From assembly GCA_003563465.1 (NCBI GenBank), contig PWVH01000128.1, positions 25,504-89,503 of the forward strand: 64,000 nt of DNA, in the 5' to 3' direction. Source of the DNA: Coriobacteriaceae bacterium. GTDB lineage: Bacteria > Actinomycetota > Coriobacteriia > Anaerosomatales > SLCP01. Below the pieces are notes generated by a model that did not search any database, was not told where the DNA came from, and was given only the letters and a program-made list of their open reading frames with translations. Position 1 is the stretch's first letter; each line of letters starts with the position of its first letter. The position numbers and the translations under genes are program-made. This document shows positions 19,257 through 28,155 of the stretch, one piece after another.

Positions 19257-21340
19257 GCACTTGCGAATCGACGCTTCGTCTCACGCAACAGTGGCGAGTT
19301 CTTGGCATCAGTGAGGTGAGGATCTGCTTCGATAAGCGTGAAAGCATCGATTCGAGCGGTTTCAAGCAGTACGGCGTCGTCGACGAGGGAGGCAATGGTG
19401 AGTTCTGGCAACCCATGTTGGGCCTCGCCCATCAGTTGTCCCGCGCCCCTGAGGCGAAGGTCTTCTTCGGCAAGGGCGAAGCCGTCGTCAGTAGAGGCGA
19501 TGGCACGCATACGACCCTTACCTTCCGAGGTCTTGGGATCGGCGAACAGAAACACCTCGCCGGGGTACTCGGCGCGCCCGACTCGGCCACGGAGCTGATG
19601 CAGCTGCGCCAGGCCGAATCTCTCGGCATCCTCGACTATCAACACGGTGGCATCAGGGACGTCGACACCTACCTCGATCACCGTAGTAGCGACCAGAACA
19701 TCAAGTTCTCTGCCGCGGAAGCCCTCCATGACATCTAGACGTTCCGACGGACGCATCTTTCCTGTCAGCAGACCGACCCGAAGGTCGCTGAATACCTCTT
19801 GCTGAAGGCGCCGAGCTTCCTTCGATGCCGCGCGGGCTTCGAGGACATCGGACTCGTCGACCAACGGACAGACCACGTATGCTTGCCGGCCCTGCGAAAC
19901 GGCTCGCCGGACCGCATCGTATGCTGCGGCACGGTCGGCGCGTTTCACAAGATGGGTGGTCACCCGGGGCCGGCTGTCACCATGTGGTCGCTCGCGCAGG
20001 TAGGAGGTGTCCAGGTCGCCGAATCGTGTCAGCGCGAGAGTCCGCGGGATCGGAGTGGCAGACATCACGAGCATGTCGGTCGCAACCCCCTTACGTCGCA
20101 AAGCGAGGCGTTGAGCCACTCCGAAACGGTGTTGTTCGTCGACGATCGCAAGGCTTAGGTTGCCGAAAGACACATCGTGCTCTATGAGGGCGTGAGTGCC
20201 GAAAAGCACGGCTATCTCGCGTTTTGCCACAGCTGCAAGTATCTCCGCTCGACGCGCCGACGACAGCGACCCTGTCAAGAGTTCCCAAGACACGCCAGCG
20301 GTATCGAGAAGAGGCCCGACCTTCTCGGCGTATTGGACGGCAAGGCCCTCAGTGGGAGCCATCATGGTCGATTGGGCACCGATGTCCGCAGACGCACAAA
20401 GAGCGTGAGCGGCAACGATCGTCTTTCCAGTGCCGACATCACCCAGCAGAAGCCGGTTCATCGGTTTTGCGGAAGCCATGTCAGCGAGGATGTTCTCTAT
20501 AGCGTTGGACTGATCTGCAGTGAGCTGGAACGGAACGGCTTTGCGCAGAGCCTCGAGCGAGTCCCCGTCGATGACATGGGGAATACCGGGCCGCTCGACG
20601 GTCAGGCGGTGACGCCGCAAAGCGAGTCCCAGTTGGAGACAGAGCAGTTCATCGTAGGCAAGACGGCTACGTGCGCGAGAGGCGTCCGACATCGTCGGCG
20701 GAAAGTGGATCATACGTAGAGCCGCCCTTAGCGGCAACAACCCGTGTTTGATGCGTAAGCTCGCCGGCAAGAAGTCAGGGATGTCGGAAGCGTCATCGAG
20801 CGCTGCTGCCACCAAACGACGGATCCAGTTGGTCGACAACCCTTCGGTACTGCGATGCACAGGGAGGATGCGGCCCAACGAGGTCGGCTCTCCGCTATCG
20901 TCGAGCTTCTCGACGAAAGGGTTCTTGATCTGCAGGAAACCGTATTCCTGTTCGACTCGGCCGGCGAAAGCGACATGTTCGCCTGTCTTGAACTGCTCCG
21001 CCATGTATTGCTGGTTGAACCAGACGCCGAGGAGCATGCCGCTATCGTCGGTGATGGCGACCTCTACGATGCAGAGTCTCGGTCGCGGACGTTTGACTTC
21101 GACGCGATGGACACGGCCGACCACAGTGGCGTCAGTGCCGGGCAGAGTCTCAGACAGCGGCCGCCTTTCGCTAAGGTCCAGATACCGGAACGGATAGTGA
21201 ACGATCAGGTCGCCGATGGTTCCGATATCGAGACGAGCGAGCGAATCCGCACGGCTGCGGTTGACGAAGCGTGCCTTGAGAACCGGACGATCCCAGTATG
21301 CGAGTTGTTCCGGGCGCGACTTTGCGACACGGGAGGACAT
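19232..21340 (-). CDS. recG: ATP-dependent DNA helicase RecG
   Basis: 702 aa with an OB wedge N-terminus and helicase motifs GDVGTGKT, DEQHRFG and QLHQLRGRVGR. Confidence 0.95.
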   Translation of the reverse strand: MSSRVAKSRPEQLAYWDRPVLKARFVNRSRADSLARLDIGTIGDLIVHYPFRYLDLSERRPLSETLPGTDATVVGRVHRVEVKRPRPRLCIVEVAITDDSGMLLGVWFNQQYMAEQFKTGEHVAFAGRVEQEYGFLQIKNPFVEKLDDSGEPTSLGRILPVHRSTEGLSTNWIRRLVAAALDDASDIPDFLPASLRIKHGLLPLRAALRMIHFPPTMSDASRARSRLAYDELLCLQLGLALRRHRLTVERPGIPHVIDGDSLEALRKAVPFQLTADQSNAIENILADMASAKPMNRLLLGDVGTGKTIVAAHALCASADIGAQSTMMAPTEGLAVQYAEKVGPLLDTAGVSWELLTGSLSSARRAEILAAVAKREIAVLFGTHALIEHDVSFGNLSLAIVDEQHRFGVAQRLALRRKGVATDMLVMSATPIPRTLALTRFGDLDTSYLRERPHGDSRPRVTTHLVKRADRAAAYDAVRRAVSQGRQAYVVCPLVDESDVLEARAASKEARRLQQEVFSDLRVGLLTGKMRPSERLDVMEGFRGRELDVLVATTVIEVGVDVPDATVLIVEDAERFGLAQLHQLRGRVGRAEYPGEVFLFADPKTSEGKGRMRAIASTDDGFALAEEDLRLRGAGQLMGEAQHGLPELTIASLVDDAVLLETARIDAFTLIEADPHLTDAKNSPLLRETKRRFASAWDRVSSG

Positions 21341-21357
21341 CCCGCAGTTCTCTCCCG

Positions 21358-22209
21358 TCAGCGCTGAGGATGGTATGCGACGCCTACCGCACCGGGACCG
21401 GAGTAGGTGCCGATGACAGCTCCGATCTCGCCGACGGAATCAAGTTGATACTTGGCGCCGGCAGCATCGAGGGCGTCGCGCATCGTCTCAGCAAGTTCCG
21501 GTGCGCACGAATGGAGGATCGTCAGGAGTGCAGGAGAATCCTGCGTGTCTGCCGCTACCTGCATTGCCACCTCGTTGATCGCCTTCTTCAGACCCTTGAC
21601 CTTCTTGAAGGGCTCGATGGTTCCTTCGGGAGTGAACGTGAGAACGGGCTTGATGTTCAGAACTGCGGCAGCTAGTCCTGAGGCTTTTCCGGCACGGCCG
21701 CCTTTGACCAGGTAATCCAGGGTATCGAGTATGAAGAGCAGACGACAGGATTCCGATGCAGCACGTGCGGCGCGCTCGACGACATCGGCTGTACCGCCCT
21801 CATCACGGGCGCGGATCGCGGCCTTCACAGCAAGAGCGGTGGCCTGGGAGACGAGTTTGGTGTCTACGAGCCGCACCGGTACTGGAGACTCGGCTGCGGC
21901 CATCGTCGCCGATTCGAGTGTTCCAGACAGAGCTGCGGAGAGATGGACTGAGACGATTTCGGTGTGGCCATCCTCGGCCATTTCGGCGTATGCCTCAGCG
22001 AAGTCGGCCGGCGAGGGCTGTGAGGTCTTGGGCAGTACTGCGGACGAACTCAACAGCTCGAAGAACCGTTCAGTGTCCAACTCCACCCAGTCGAGATAGG
22101 ACTCATCCTCGAAAAGGACTTTGAGTGGCACCATGCGAACACCTTCTTCCGCGAGCCAGTCAGGCGGCAGATCACAAGTGCTGTCACAAACGATACCCAC
22201 ACTACTCAT
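21358..22209 (-). CDS. fakB: DegV-family fatty-acid-binding protein (FakB-type)
   Basis: Contains VGIVCDSTCDLPPDW and SGTLESA. The start is set at ATG codon 23. It is adjacent to a DAK2-domain protein. Confidence 0.85.
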   Translation of the reverse strand: MSSVGIVCDSTCDLPPDWLAEEGVRMVPLKVLFEDESYLDWVELDTERFFELLSSSAVLPKTSQPSPADFAEAYAEMAEDGHTEIVSVHLSAALSGTLESATMAAAESPVPVRLVDTKLVSQATALAVKAAIRARDEGGTADVVERAARAASESCRLLFILDTLDYLVKGGRAGKASGLAAAVLNIKPVLTFTPEGTIEPFKKVKGLKKAINEVAMQVAADTQDSPALLTILHSCAPELAETMRDALDAAGAKYQLDSVGEIGAVIGTYSGPGAVGVAYHPQR

Positions 22210-22231
22210 GAATCCCCCCTTCGGTCGGTAG

Positions 22232-23845
22232 TTACTCGATGGACATGACCACTGGATAGAGCGGCTGTCCCCCACGATGATGCTCGACCTCTAGCTCCGG
22301 ATGAGCCTCAGCTATGTCCTCAGACAACACCTGAAGCTCCTCGTCAGTCAAGTCGCTGCCACCGAGGATGGTCAAAGTGTCTCCGTCGGCGGCGAGCAGT
22401 TCTGCGATTTGGCGGGCCACCTGCATCACATCATCGCCGACGACTTCGATCTCATGATCGACTATGCCTATGATTTGCCCCTCGGCGATAGGCCCGTCTC
22501 GGCTGACTGCATCCTTGACAGCAGCGGTGATCTCGCCGGTCCGCACTTCGGAAGCGGCGGTGGTCATCGCGTCGGCAATCTGACGTACATCGGCGTCCGA
22601 TTCGACGGCGAGCATGGCTGCAAAAGCCTCCGGAACGGAAGTGGTCGGGATGACTTCGACGGGACGGCTGGACACCTCTACAACCTGTTGTGCGGCCATC
22701 TGGATGTTCTTGTTGTTGGGAAGAACTATGACCGCTTGGGCATCTACCTTCTTCACCGCCTCGAGTATCTCGGCAGTAGAGGGGTTCATAGTCTGCCCAC
22801 CGTTCACCACCACGTCAACGCCCAGGCTCGAGAGTATCTCACGAATGCCATCACCGGCGCCCACTGCGACGAATCCTATGGGCTTAGCGTAGTCCGTAGA
22901 GCCTTCGTCCGTGAGAGCTTCCGAGCGGGCCTGTGTCTGGCGTCGCATGTTGTTGATGTGAACCTCGGCCACCTCGCCGATTGAGGTCATGTGTGACAAC
23001 ACCTCGCCAGGAGTGTCGGTGTGCACGTGGATCTTCAAAAGGTCGTGATCGCCTACTACTAGCTCAGATCCGCCTACGGACAAAAGATAGGAATGGACGG
23101 CCTCGCGGTCCAACTTCTCTCCGTGGAGCAGAAACTCAGTGCAGTAGAGGTACTCGTCTTCATCCCAGTCCTCCACTGGTTTCATCTCCAGCCCAGGAGC
23201 CTCGGCGCTCTCCATCACCGAAGAATCGAACTCCGTGCCGCGCCAGGATGCGAGCAAACCCTCAGCCAGGATCGCAAGTCCGAAGCCGCCCGCATCCACG
23301 ACACCGTTCTCTTTTAGGACCGGAAGCAGATCTGGGGTGCGACGAACCGAGTCGAGAGCCTCCTGAAGAGTCCGGTCAAGCACGCTGTCGAGATCCTCTC
23401 CGGAGTCAACAACCTTTCTAGCTGCAGCAGCCGAGTCCTTGAGCACGGTGAGCATGGTTCCCTCCACCGGCTTCCTTACCGCTTGGTATGCGACTACCGT
23501 GGCGCGCTCAAGTGCATCAGCGACGATTTCGGGCCCGCTCGCACCGGAACCAGAGCCTATGACGTCGCAAAGTCCTCTGAGAATCTGACTCAAAATGACA
23601 CCCGAGTTGCCGCGCGCACCCATCAAGGAAGCATGAGTGATGGTCTGGGCGGTGGTTGGTATGTCAGCGTCTTCGGGGAGTTGATCGAGCTCCATGACTA
23701 CGGCATCCATGGTCAGAGACATGTTCGTTCCGGTGTCTCCGTCAGGGACGGGGAACACGTTCAGCCGATTCACCTCTTCGGCTCGCTCTTTCAGCGCTGT
23801 CGCCGCGGATGACACCAATGTGCTGAAAGTGGGCGCTGGGGTCAT
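22232..23845 (-). CDS. fakA: DAK2-domain protein YloV/FakA-type (fatty acid kinase ATP-binding subunit)
   Basis: Contains LNVFPVPDGDTGTNM (DhaL/Dak2 motif) and GARGNSGVILSQ. It shows asp23-yloV synteny. The start is set at ATG codon 33, just downstream of the asp23 stop. Confidence 0.85.
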   Translation of the reverse strand: MTPAPTFSTLVSSAATALKERAEEVNRLNVFPVPDGDTGTNMSLTMDAVVMELDQLPEDADIPTTAQTITHASLMGARGNSGVILSQILRGLCDVIGSGSGASGPEIVADALERATVVAYQAVRKPVEGTMLTVLKDSAAAARKVVDSGEDLDSVLDRTLQEALDSVRRTPDLLPVLKENGVVDAGGFGLAILAEGLLASWRGTEFDSSVMESAEAPGLEMKPVEDWDEDEYLYCTEFLLHGEKLDREAVHSYLLSVGGSELVVGDHDLLKIHVHTDTPGEVLSHMTSIGEVAEVHINNMRRQTQARSEALTDEGSTDYAKPIGFVAVGAGDGIREILSSLGVDVVVNGGQTMNPSTAEILEAVKKVDAQAVIVLPNNKNIQMAAQQVVEVSSRPVEVIPTTSVPEAFAAMLAVESDADVRQIADAMTTAASEVRTGEITAAVKDAVSRDGPIAEGQIIGIVDHEIEVVGDDVMQVARQIAELLAADGDTLTILGGSDLTDEELQVLSEDIAEAHPELEVEHHRGGQPLYPVVMSIE

Positions 23846-23864
23846 CGAACCTCGTCTGACGGGG

Positions 23865-24212
23865 TCACTTGCGGATCTTGATTCCCTGAACGTGTACATC
23901 GACTTCGTCGACCTTGACTCCGGCTTGGGTCTCGAGCACATAGCGGACGCGATCGGAGAGGTTGTGGGAGACCTGGCTCAAGTTGGTGCCGTGTTCGATT
24001 ACCACATACAAGTCGACTTTCACGCTGTTGCCGAGACTGTGAACCGAAACACCTTTTCGCAACTTGTCTCGCGAGAGCAGTTGAGCCACGCCGTCACGCA
24101 GTGTGGGACTGGCCATACCTACGACCCCGTAGCACTCGAGAGCAGCGAAACCAGCAATCTCTGCGAGCACGTCGTCGTGTATCTCTATTCGTCCATGGAC
24201 CTCTTCAGGCAT
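23865..24212 (-). CDS. Asp23/Gls24-family envelope stress protein
   Basis: 115 aa with DDVLAEIAGFAALECYGVVGM. This is the yloU-like position upstream of yloV. Confidence 0.85.
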   Translation of the reverse strand: MPEEVHGRIEIHDDVLAEIAGFAALECYGVVGMASPTLRDGVAQLLSRDKLRKGVSVHSLGNSVKVDLYVVIEHGTNLSQVSHNLSDRVRYVLETQAGVKVDEVDVHVQGIKIRK

Positions 24213-24431
24213 CTAATCGCCTTCCTCGATGGACGTATGGGCCAAAGCCTCAAGCTCTTCTATCAAAGCCTCGACAGGTACATCGTGCATATGTGCGACG
24301 GCCCCGAGGCTCTCCATCTCGGCAGCCAAGCAGGACGAACAGGCGAGTCCGTGACGCTCGAAGACGCTGGGAGCATCAGGGTGGCTCATCAGGACATCAC
24401 GGATACACATGTCGGGATGGTAACCGGCCAT
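24213..24431 (-). CDS. DUF1858 / hybrid-cluster-associated redox-disulfide domain protein
   Basis: MCIRDVLMSHPDAPSVFERHGLACSSCLAAEMESLGAVAHMHDVPVEALIEEL matches the DUF1858 pattern (CxxC followed by ES..EA...H). The start is set at ATG codon 27. Confidence 0.75.
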   Translation of the reverse strand: MAGYHPDMCIRDVLMSHPDAPSVFERHGLACSSCLAAEMESLGAVAHMHDVPVEALIEELEALAHTSIEEGD

Positions 24432-24528
24432 AGGCGTCCTCACGTTGGGTCGGAAAGCTTCATGCACGAACAAGTATATCCGATTGTACGGGCTGCATCT
24501 GACCTGCAAATATCGGGTGTAAGCGCTC

Positions 24529-24557
24529 TTGTGGACATTGGGTCTGTGTGATAGTAT
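24529..24557 (+). promoter_or_regulatory. putative promoter of rpmB
   Basis: TTGTGG (24529-24534), a 17-nt spacer, then TAGTAT (24552-24557). It lies about 75 nt upstream of the rpmB ATG. Confidence 0.5.
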
Positions 24558-24631
24558 CAGCGAGCTTTTTGGCTGATTCCGCGCGGGTATCCCTCGATGC
24601 GCCCTGTGGGAGACGGAACGGAGTGACTTGG

Positions 24632-24820
24632 ATGTCCAAAGTATGCACCATCTGTGGGAAGCACCCCGCTGCCGGGCGCAGCGTGAGTCACTCGCATCGC
24701 GTGACGAACCGCATCTTCAGGCCCAATATCCAGAAGGTGACCGCCCTTGTGGACGGGAAGGTTAAGCGCGTAAACGTGTGCACCAAGTGCATGAAGGCCG
24801 GCAAGGTGCAGAGAGCCTGA
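24632..24820 (+). CDS. rpmB: 50S ribosomal protein L28
   Basis: [36 protein letters not shown]. The start is set at ATG codon 29 of the ORF, with GGAG upstream. Confidence 0.93.
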   Translation: MSKVCTICGKHPAAGRSVSHSHRVTNRIFRPNIQKVTALVDGKVKRVNVCTKCMKAGKVQRA

Positions 24821-24850
24821 AGTCTGCCCGGATGCTGTGCGCGAGGCGAT

Positions 24851-26677
24851 TCAGGCGCCTTTCATCTGTACCCGGTCTGCTTGAGCTTCTTCGACTAGGG
24901 CTACGAAGATCTCGGCAACGTCGGGATCGAACTGAGTTCCAGCATTTCTCCTGATCTCGTCCAACGCTGCCTCTTGTGTCATCGCAGGCCTGTGCGGCCG
25001 ATCAGACGTCATCGCTACGAACGCGTCGGCCACGGCAAGAATCCTGGCCCCGAGTGGTATCTCGTCCCGCGCCAAACCGCCGACGTATCCTGTGCCGTCG
25101 TAATGCTCGTGGTGGTGATACACGATAGGCACGGCTTCACGCAACGCCGGAACCTGATCAATGATGTCTGCGCCGATGACCGGATGCATATTGAGCAGAC
25201 CTCGCTCTACGGTCGAAAGCGGGCGGTCGGAGATCATCGCCGTCTCACCGAGGGCAGACATACCGATATCGTGGAGCATCGCAGCTATCTCGAGCGCACG
25301 CTTCTTCTGCTGCGGAAGATCCAAAGCCTCACCGAGGATACTCGCATAGTGCATGACTCGATCGGTTCCTCCGATCGCAAAGGGATCTTTAGTCTCCAGA
25401 GCGAGGGCTAGCGCCTTCAAAGTATCTAGGCATAGGTCTCCCATCGAGGAGACCTTTCGGGCATGGCGCAAGGCTGCGGCCGTGTGACGAGCAATCTCTT
25501 GGAGTCCTTCGACGTGTGTCGACGTGAACGGCGAAGGATACTCACGGCTGCCGACGTTGAGAACTCCCAAGAGGCCTTCCTCGTCCAATATCGGCACGGA
25601 TGCGGCGGAACGGACACCGCGTGAGTGGGCCGACGTCGGACGATCTGGTAGGTCTTCTACGACCAGCGGCTGTCCGGAAAGTGCGACTAGGCCAGCGATT
25701 CCATCACCAGGCTTCACGGTGGTCTCTTCGACAACGTCTGCGGGAAGGCCGCGGGCAACGACGATTCTCAATGCGATTCCGGCCTCGTCGTAGAGCATTA
25801 CACTCCCCGAAGACGCCTCGACGAGTCTCAACGAACTGTCGAGGGCGGTGGCGAGGATAGAATCAGCTTCGGTCGGATGTTCAAGTTCACCAGCGAATGC
25901 GAGAACAGTTCGGGTGACCGCAGATTCGACTCGTGCGGTCTCCAGTATCAAGGCTGCAGCGACAGGCAGACGGAACGCACTAGCCAAATGCCCAAGAACC
26001 TGCATGTCCGGACGTGCATCAGCGAAATCAATCGTGGCGGCACCACGGTGGTCTCCGACAGAGACAGGAATCGAATAGCGCCAAACGGCGGAGGCGCCGG
26101 ACACGGGTTCTGCGACTAAGGTTCTCAGGAGCGGCGCATCTTGCCCGATCGCTTCGATAATCGTTTCATCTTGTGCGAGGTCCGGGGTCGCCGAACCAGA
26201 CACGATAAGCCTCACTGCCACATCGGAGACTTCATCTGAGCGCCATATCCCACAGGAAATAGGGTTTCCCGCTCTGGAAGCAGAGGCTAGCAGTGCGTCA
26301 GCGACGCTTTGAGCGTCGACCAGTGTGGGCAGGACCACGTTCTCCCCTGTGGCCGATCCCGATTCCTCGCGTTCAGCGGAGTCCGCCTTTGCGTGTTCTT
26401 CGGGTATGCGAGTCGGCCGTGAGGAAGAGACGGTCTCAGACGGGGCCGAAGGCCGGGCGGAGACGCGCGCGCGAGAGGAGTGGCGGCGGCGAAACATGAC
26501 GACAGCAGCTGCCAGGAGGAGCAGAACGATGACCGCTAACAGAAATGACAATGAAGAGTCTGCAGCAGCGAGAAGTCCTGTCACGACGAGAAACGAATCA
26601 TTGCCTGTGTCGATCATCGTCAACCACGCAATCGTGAACGGCGAGTTGTCCGTTACCGGCATTATACAGCGCGCCAC
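24851..26677 (-). CDS. membrane-anchored GAF + HD-GYP domain protein (putative c-di-GMP phosphodiesterase)
   Basis: An N-terminal hydrophobic segment is followed by a Ser/Arg-rich linker and a GAF-like region (GDGIAGLVALSGQPLVVEDL). The HD-GYP core reads HDIGM...HPVIGADII...HHHEHYDGTGYVGG. Confidence 0.85.
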   Translation of the reverse strand: MARCIMPVTDNSPFTIAWLTMIDTGNDSFLVVTGLLAAADSSLSFLLAVIVLLLLAAAVVMFRRRHSSRARVSARPSAPSETVSSSRPTRIPEEHAKADSAEREESGSATGENVVLPTLVDAQSVADALLASASRAGNPISCGIWRSDEVSDVAVRLIVSGSATPDLAQDETIIEAIGQDAPLLRTLVAEPVSGASAVWRYSIPVSVGDHRGAATIDFADARPDMQVLGHLASAFRLPVAAALILETARVESAVTRTVLAFAGELEHPTEADSILATALDSSLRLVEASSGSVMLYDEAGIALRIVVARGLPADVVEETTVKPGDGIAGLVALSGQPLVVEDLPDRPTSAHSRGVRSAASVPILDEEGLLGVLNVGSREYPSPFTSTHVEGLQEIARHTAAALRHARKVSSMGDLCLDTLKALALALETKDPFAIGGTDRVMHYASILGEALDLPQQKKRALEIAAMLHDIGMSALGETAMISDRPLSTVERGLLNMHPVIGADIIDQVPALREAVPIVYHHHEHYDGTGYVGGLARDEIPLGARILAVADAFVAMTSDRPHRPAMTQEAALDEIRRNAGTQFDPDVAEIFVALVEEAQADRVQMKGA

Positions 26678-26684
26678 GGTGGGA

Positions 26685-27365
26685 TTATTCGCCGAGGGGG
26701 GCTAGTCTGGCCTTGGGAGCTAGATCAACGGTGTGGGATAAGACCAGAAGCCTTCCCGAATGAAGTCTGATCTGTGAACCGTCTTCCGTCAGGGTGTTGC
26801 TTACTCCCCGCGAAGACAGCAGGCTCAGAGTGTCGCGTTCCAAGGGGTATCGCATGCCTGAGCAGGAGACGACCGCGACCTCGGTGAGGGCGAGCAAGGA
26901 GACGGTGCTTCCTTCAGGATCGAGCACCAAGGAGTTTCGGGTGTCGGTATTCAGAACCCAACCGGCCATGTGCGGATCGACGATGTCGACTACAAGGTCA
27001 GAAACGCCGGCGACGCTGCCTATTGCCGCGAGAGTGTGATCCAGTCTATCGGACCATGCCGCCGTCACGGTCACGTGTCGCATACCTGACTCTTGCACGG
27101 CCTGAAGCGAAAGGTCCAGGTCTGTCTGGTCTTTGTCGACCGGAGCGGTCAGGAAGCTTATGCCGAGACCGCGGAGCCTGTCAGAGATCTCAGAGGAAAG
27201 CGAGTCGAGATCACCGACGATGAGATCTGGGGGACGACCGTGTTCCAAACAGAGGAGTGCTCCGGCATCGGCTGCGACGACGAATTCTGCCCCGCTGATC
27301 AGGTCGCGGTAGAAAGCGGCTCCTGCTGGCGCGAACGCCGCGCACACAAGAAGTGCTCTGGTCAT
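26685..27365 (-). CDS. thiN: thiamine pyrophosphokinase
   Basis: Contains DLIVGDLDS and KDQTDLDL motifs. It has an ATGA overlap with thiT. This is the yloS-like position near rpmB. Confidence 0.85.
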   Translation of the reverse strand: MTRALLVCAAFAPAGAAFYRDLISGAEFVVAADAGALLCLEHGRPPDLIVGDLDSLSSEISDRLRGLGISFLTAPVDKDQTDLDLSLQAVQESGMRHVTVTAAWSDRLDHTLAAIGSVAGVSDLVVDIVDPHMAGWVLNTDTRNSLVLDPEGSTVSLLALTEVAVVSCSGMRYPLERDTLSLLSSRGVSNTLTEDGSQIRLHSGRLLVLSHTVDLAPKARLAPLGE

Positions 27366-27943
27366 GCGTTACCACCTCGGTCCATAAGAGGAGATATGCG
27401 AGCAAGGGCAGGAATGACCACAATGGCGGCAGCGAAACAGGCTGCTGCAGAGACAGGCACGTAGAGGTTATATAGGGCCGAGTATAGCCACACCGGTTGA
27501 CCCGGAGGTGCGTACTCTGAGAAGAAGACGACACCCGAGATCAGATGCGCAACGTAGCGCCCCACGGCCCCAAGCAGGATACCGGATGCTATCGCGAGCA
27601 CTGCCAACTTACGCGACCCCTTGTCCGTGACTCGCGCGAGAGTGGGAGCGGCTACGCCTGCGAGGCCGACGAGAAGATAGGCTATCGGGTAGTCGAGTAA
27701 CGGCTGTATCCAGTGGACAGGCGGGAACGGGTCGATGAAGAACATGTCTATCGGCCCATATAGCGCACCTGCGACGAGACCGGGCAGCAGTCCTCTGCGC
27801 AACGCAAGGACGAATATAGGCAGCATGCCCAAGGAAACGGTTCCTCCTTGCGGCATCTTCCACAGCGCTAGCATGTTCAGGACTGCCGAAAGGGCAAGTG
27901 TCAGTGCGATTTCGACGACAAGCCGGGTACGCTCCTGCGCCAT
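27362..27943 (-). CDS. thiT: thiamine ECF-transporter S component ThiT
   Basis: 193 aa with about 6 TM segments and the motif WKMPQGGTVSLGMLPI. It is preceded by a TPP riboswitch. Confidence 0.8.
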   Translation of the reverse strand: MAQERTRLVVEIALTLALSAVLNMLALWKMPQGGTVSLGMLPIFVLALRRGLLPGLVAGALYGPIDMFFIDPFPPVHWIQPLLDYPIAYLLVGLAGVAAPTLARVTDKGSRKLAVLAIASGILLGAVGRYVAHLISGVVFFSEYAPPGQPVWLYSALYNLYVPVSAAACFAAAIVVIPALARISPLMDRGGNA

Positions 27944-28014
27944 TTCTTATCCCCGTCCGGTGTGTGTGGCCACCGTACGGGAACGTCGCAGCGGTGCGTG
28001 ATATGGGCTGACAC

Positions 28015-28115
28015 ACCACATACCGCCATGCGAGCTCCGCATTACCGGAGCCGTCCTATCGGTCGCGGTCTTGGACCGCCTCTCAGCCGCTTGACGCAGC
28101 TCCCGATACGGTTCT
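28015..28115 (-). promoter_or_regulatory. TPP (THI-box) riboswitch
   Basis: Minus strand reads GGGAGC..GCGGCTGAGAGGCGGTCCAAGACCGCGACCGATAGGACGGCTCCGGTAATGCGGAGCTCGC. It has the conserved CUGAGA, ACC, and a pyrophosphate-sensor helix CUCCG-GUAAUG-CGGAG. It lies directly upstream of thiT-thiN. Confidence 0.75.
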
Positions 28116-28155
28116 GTTCACCGACTCTTACACACACAGTTTGGAGTGTAAAGAG

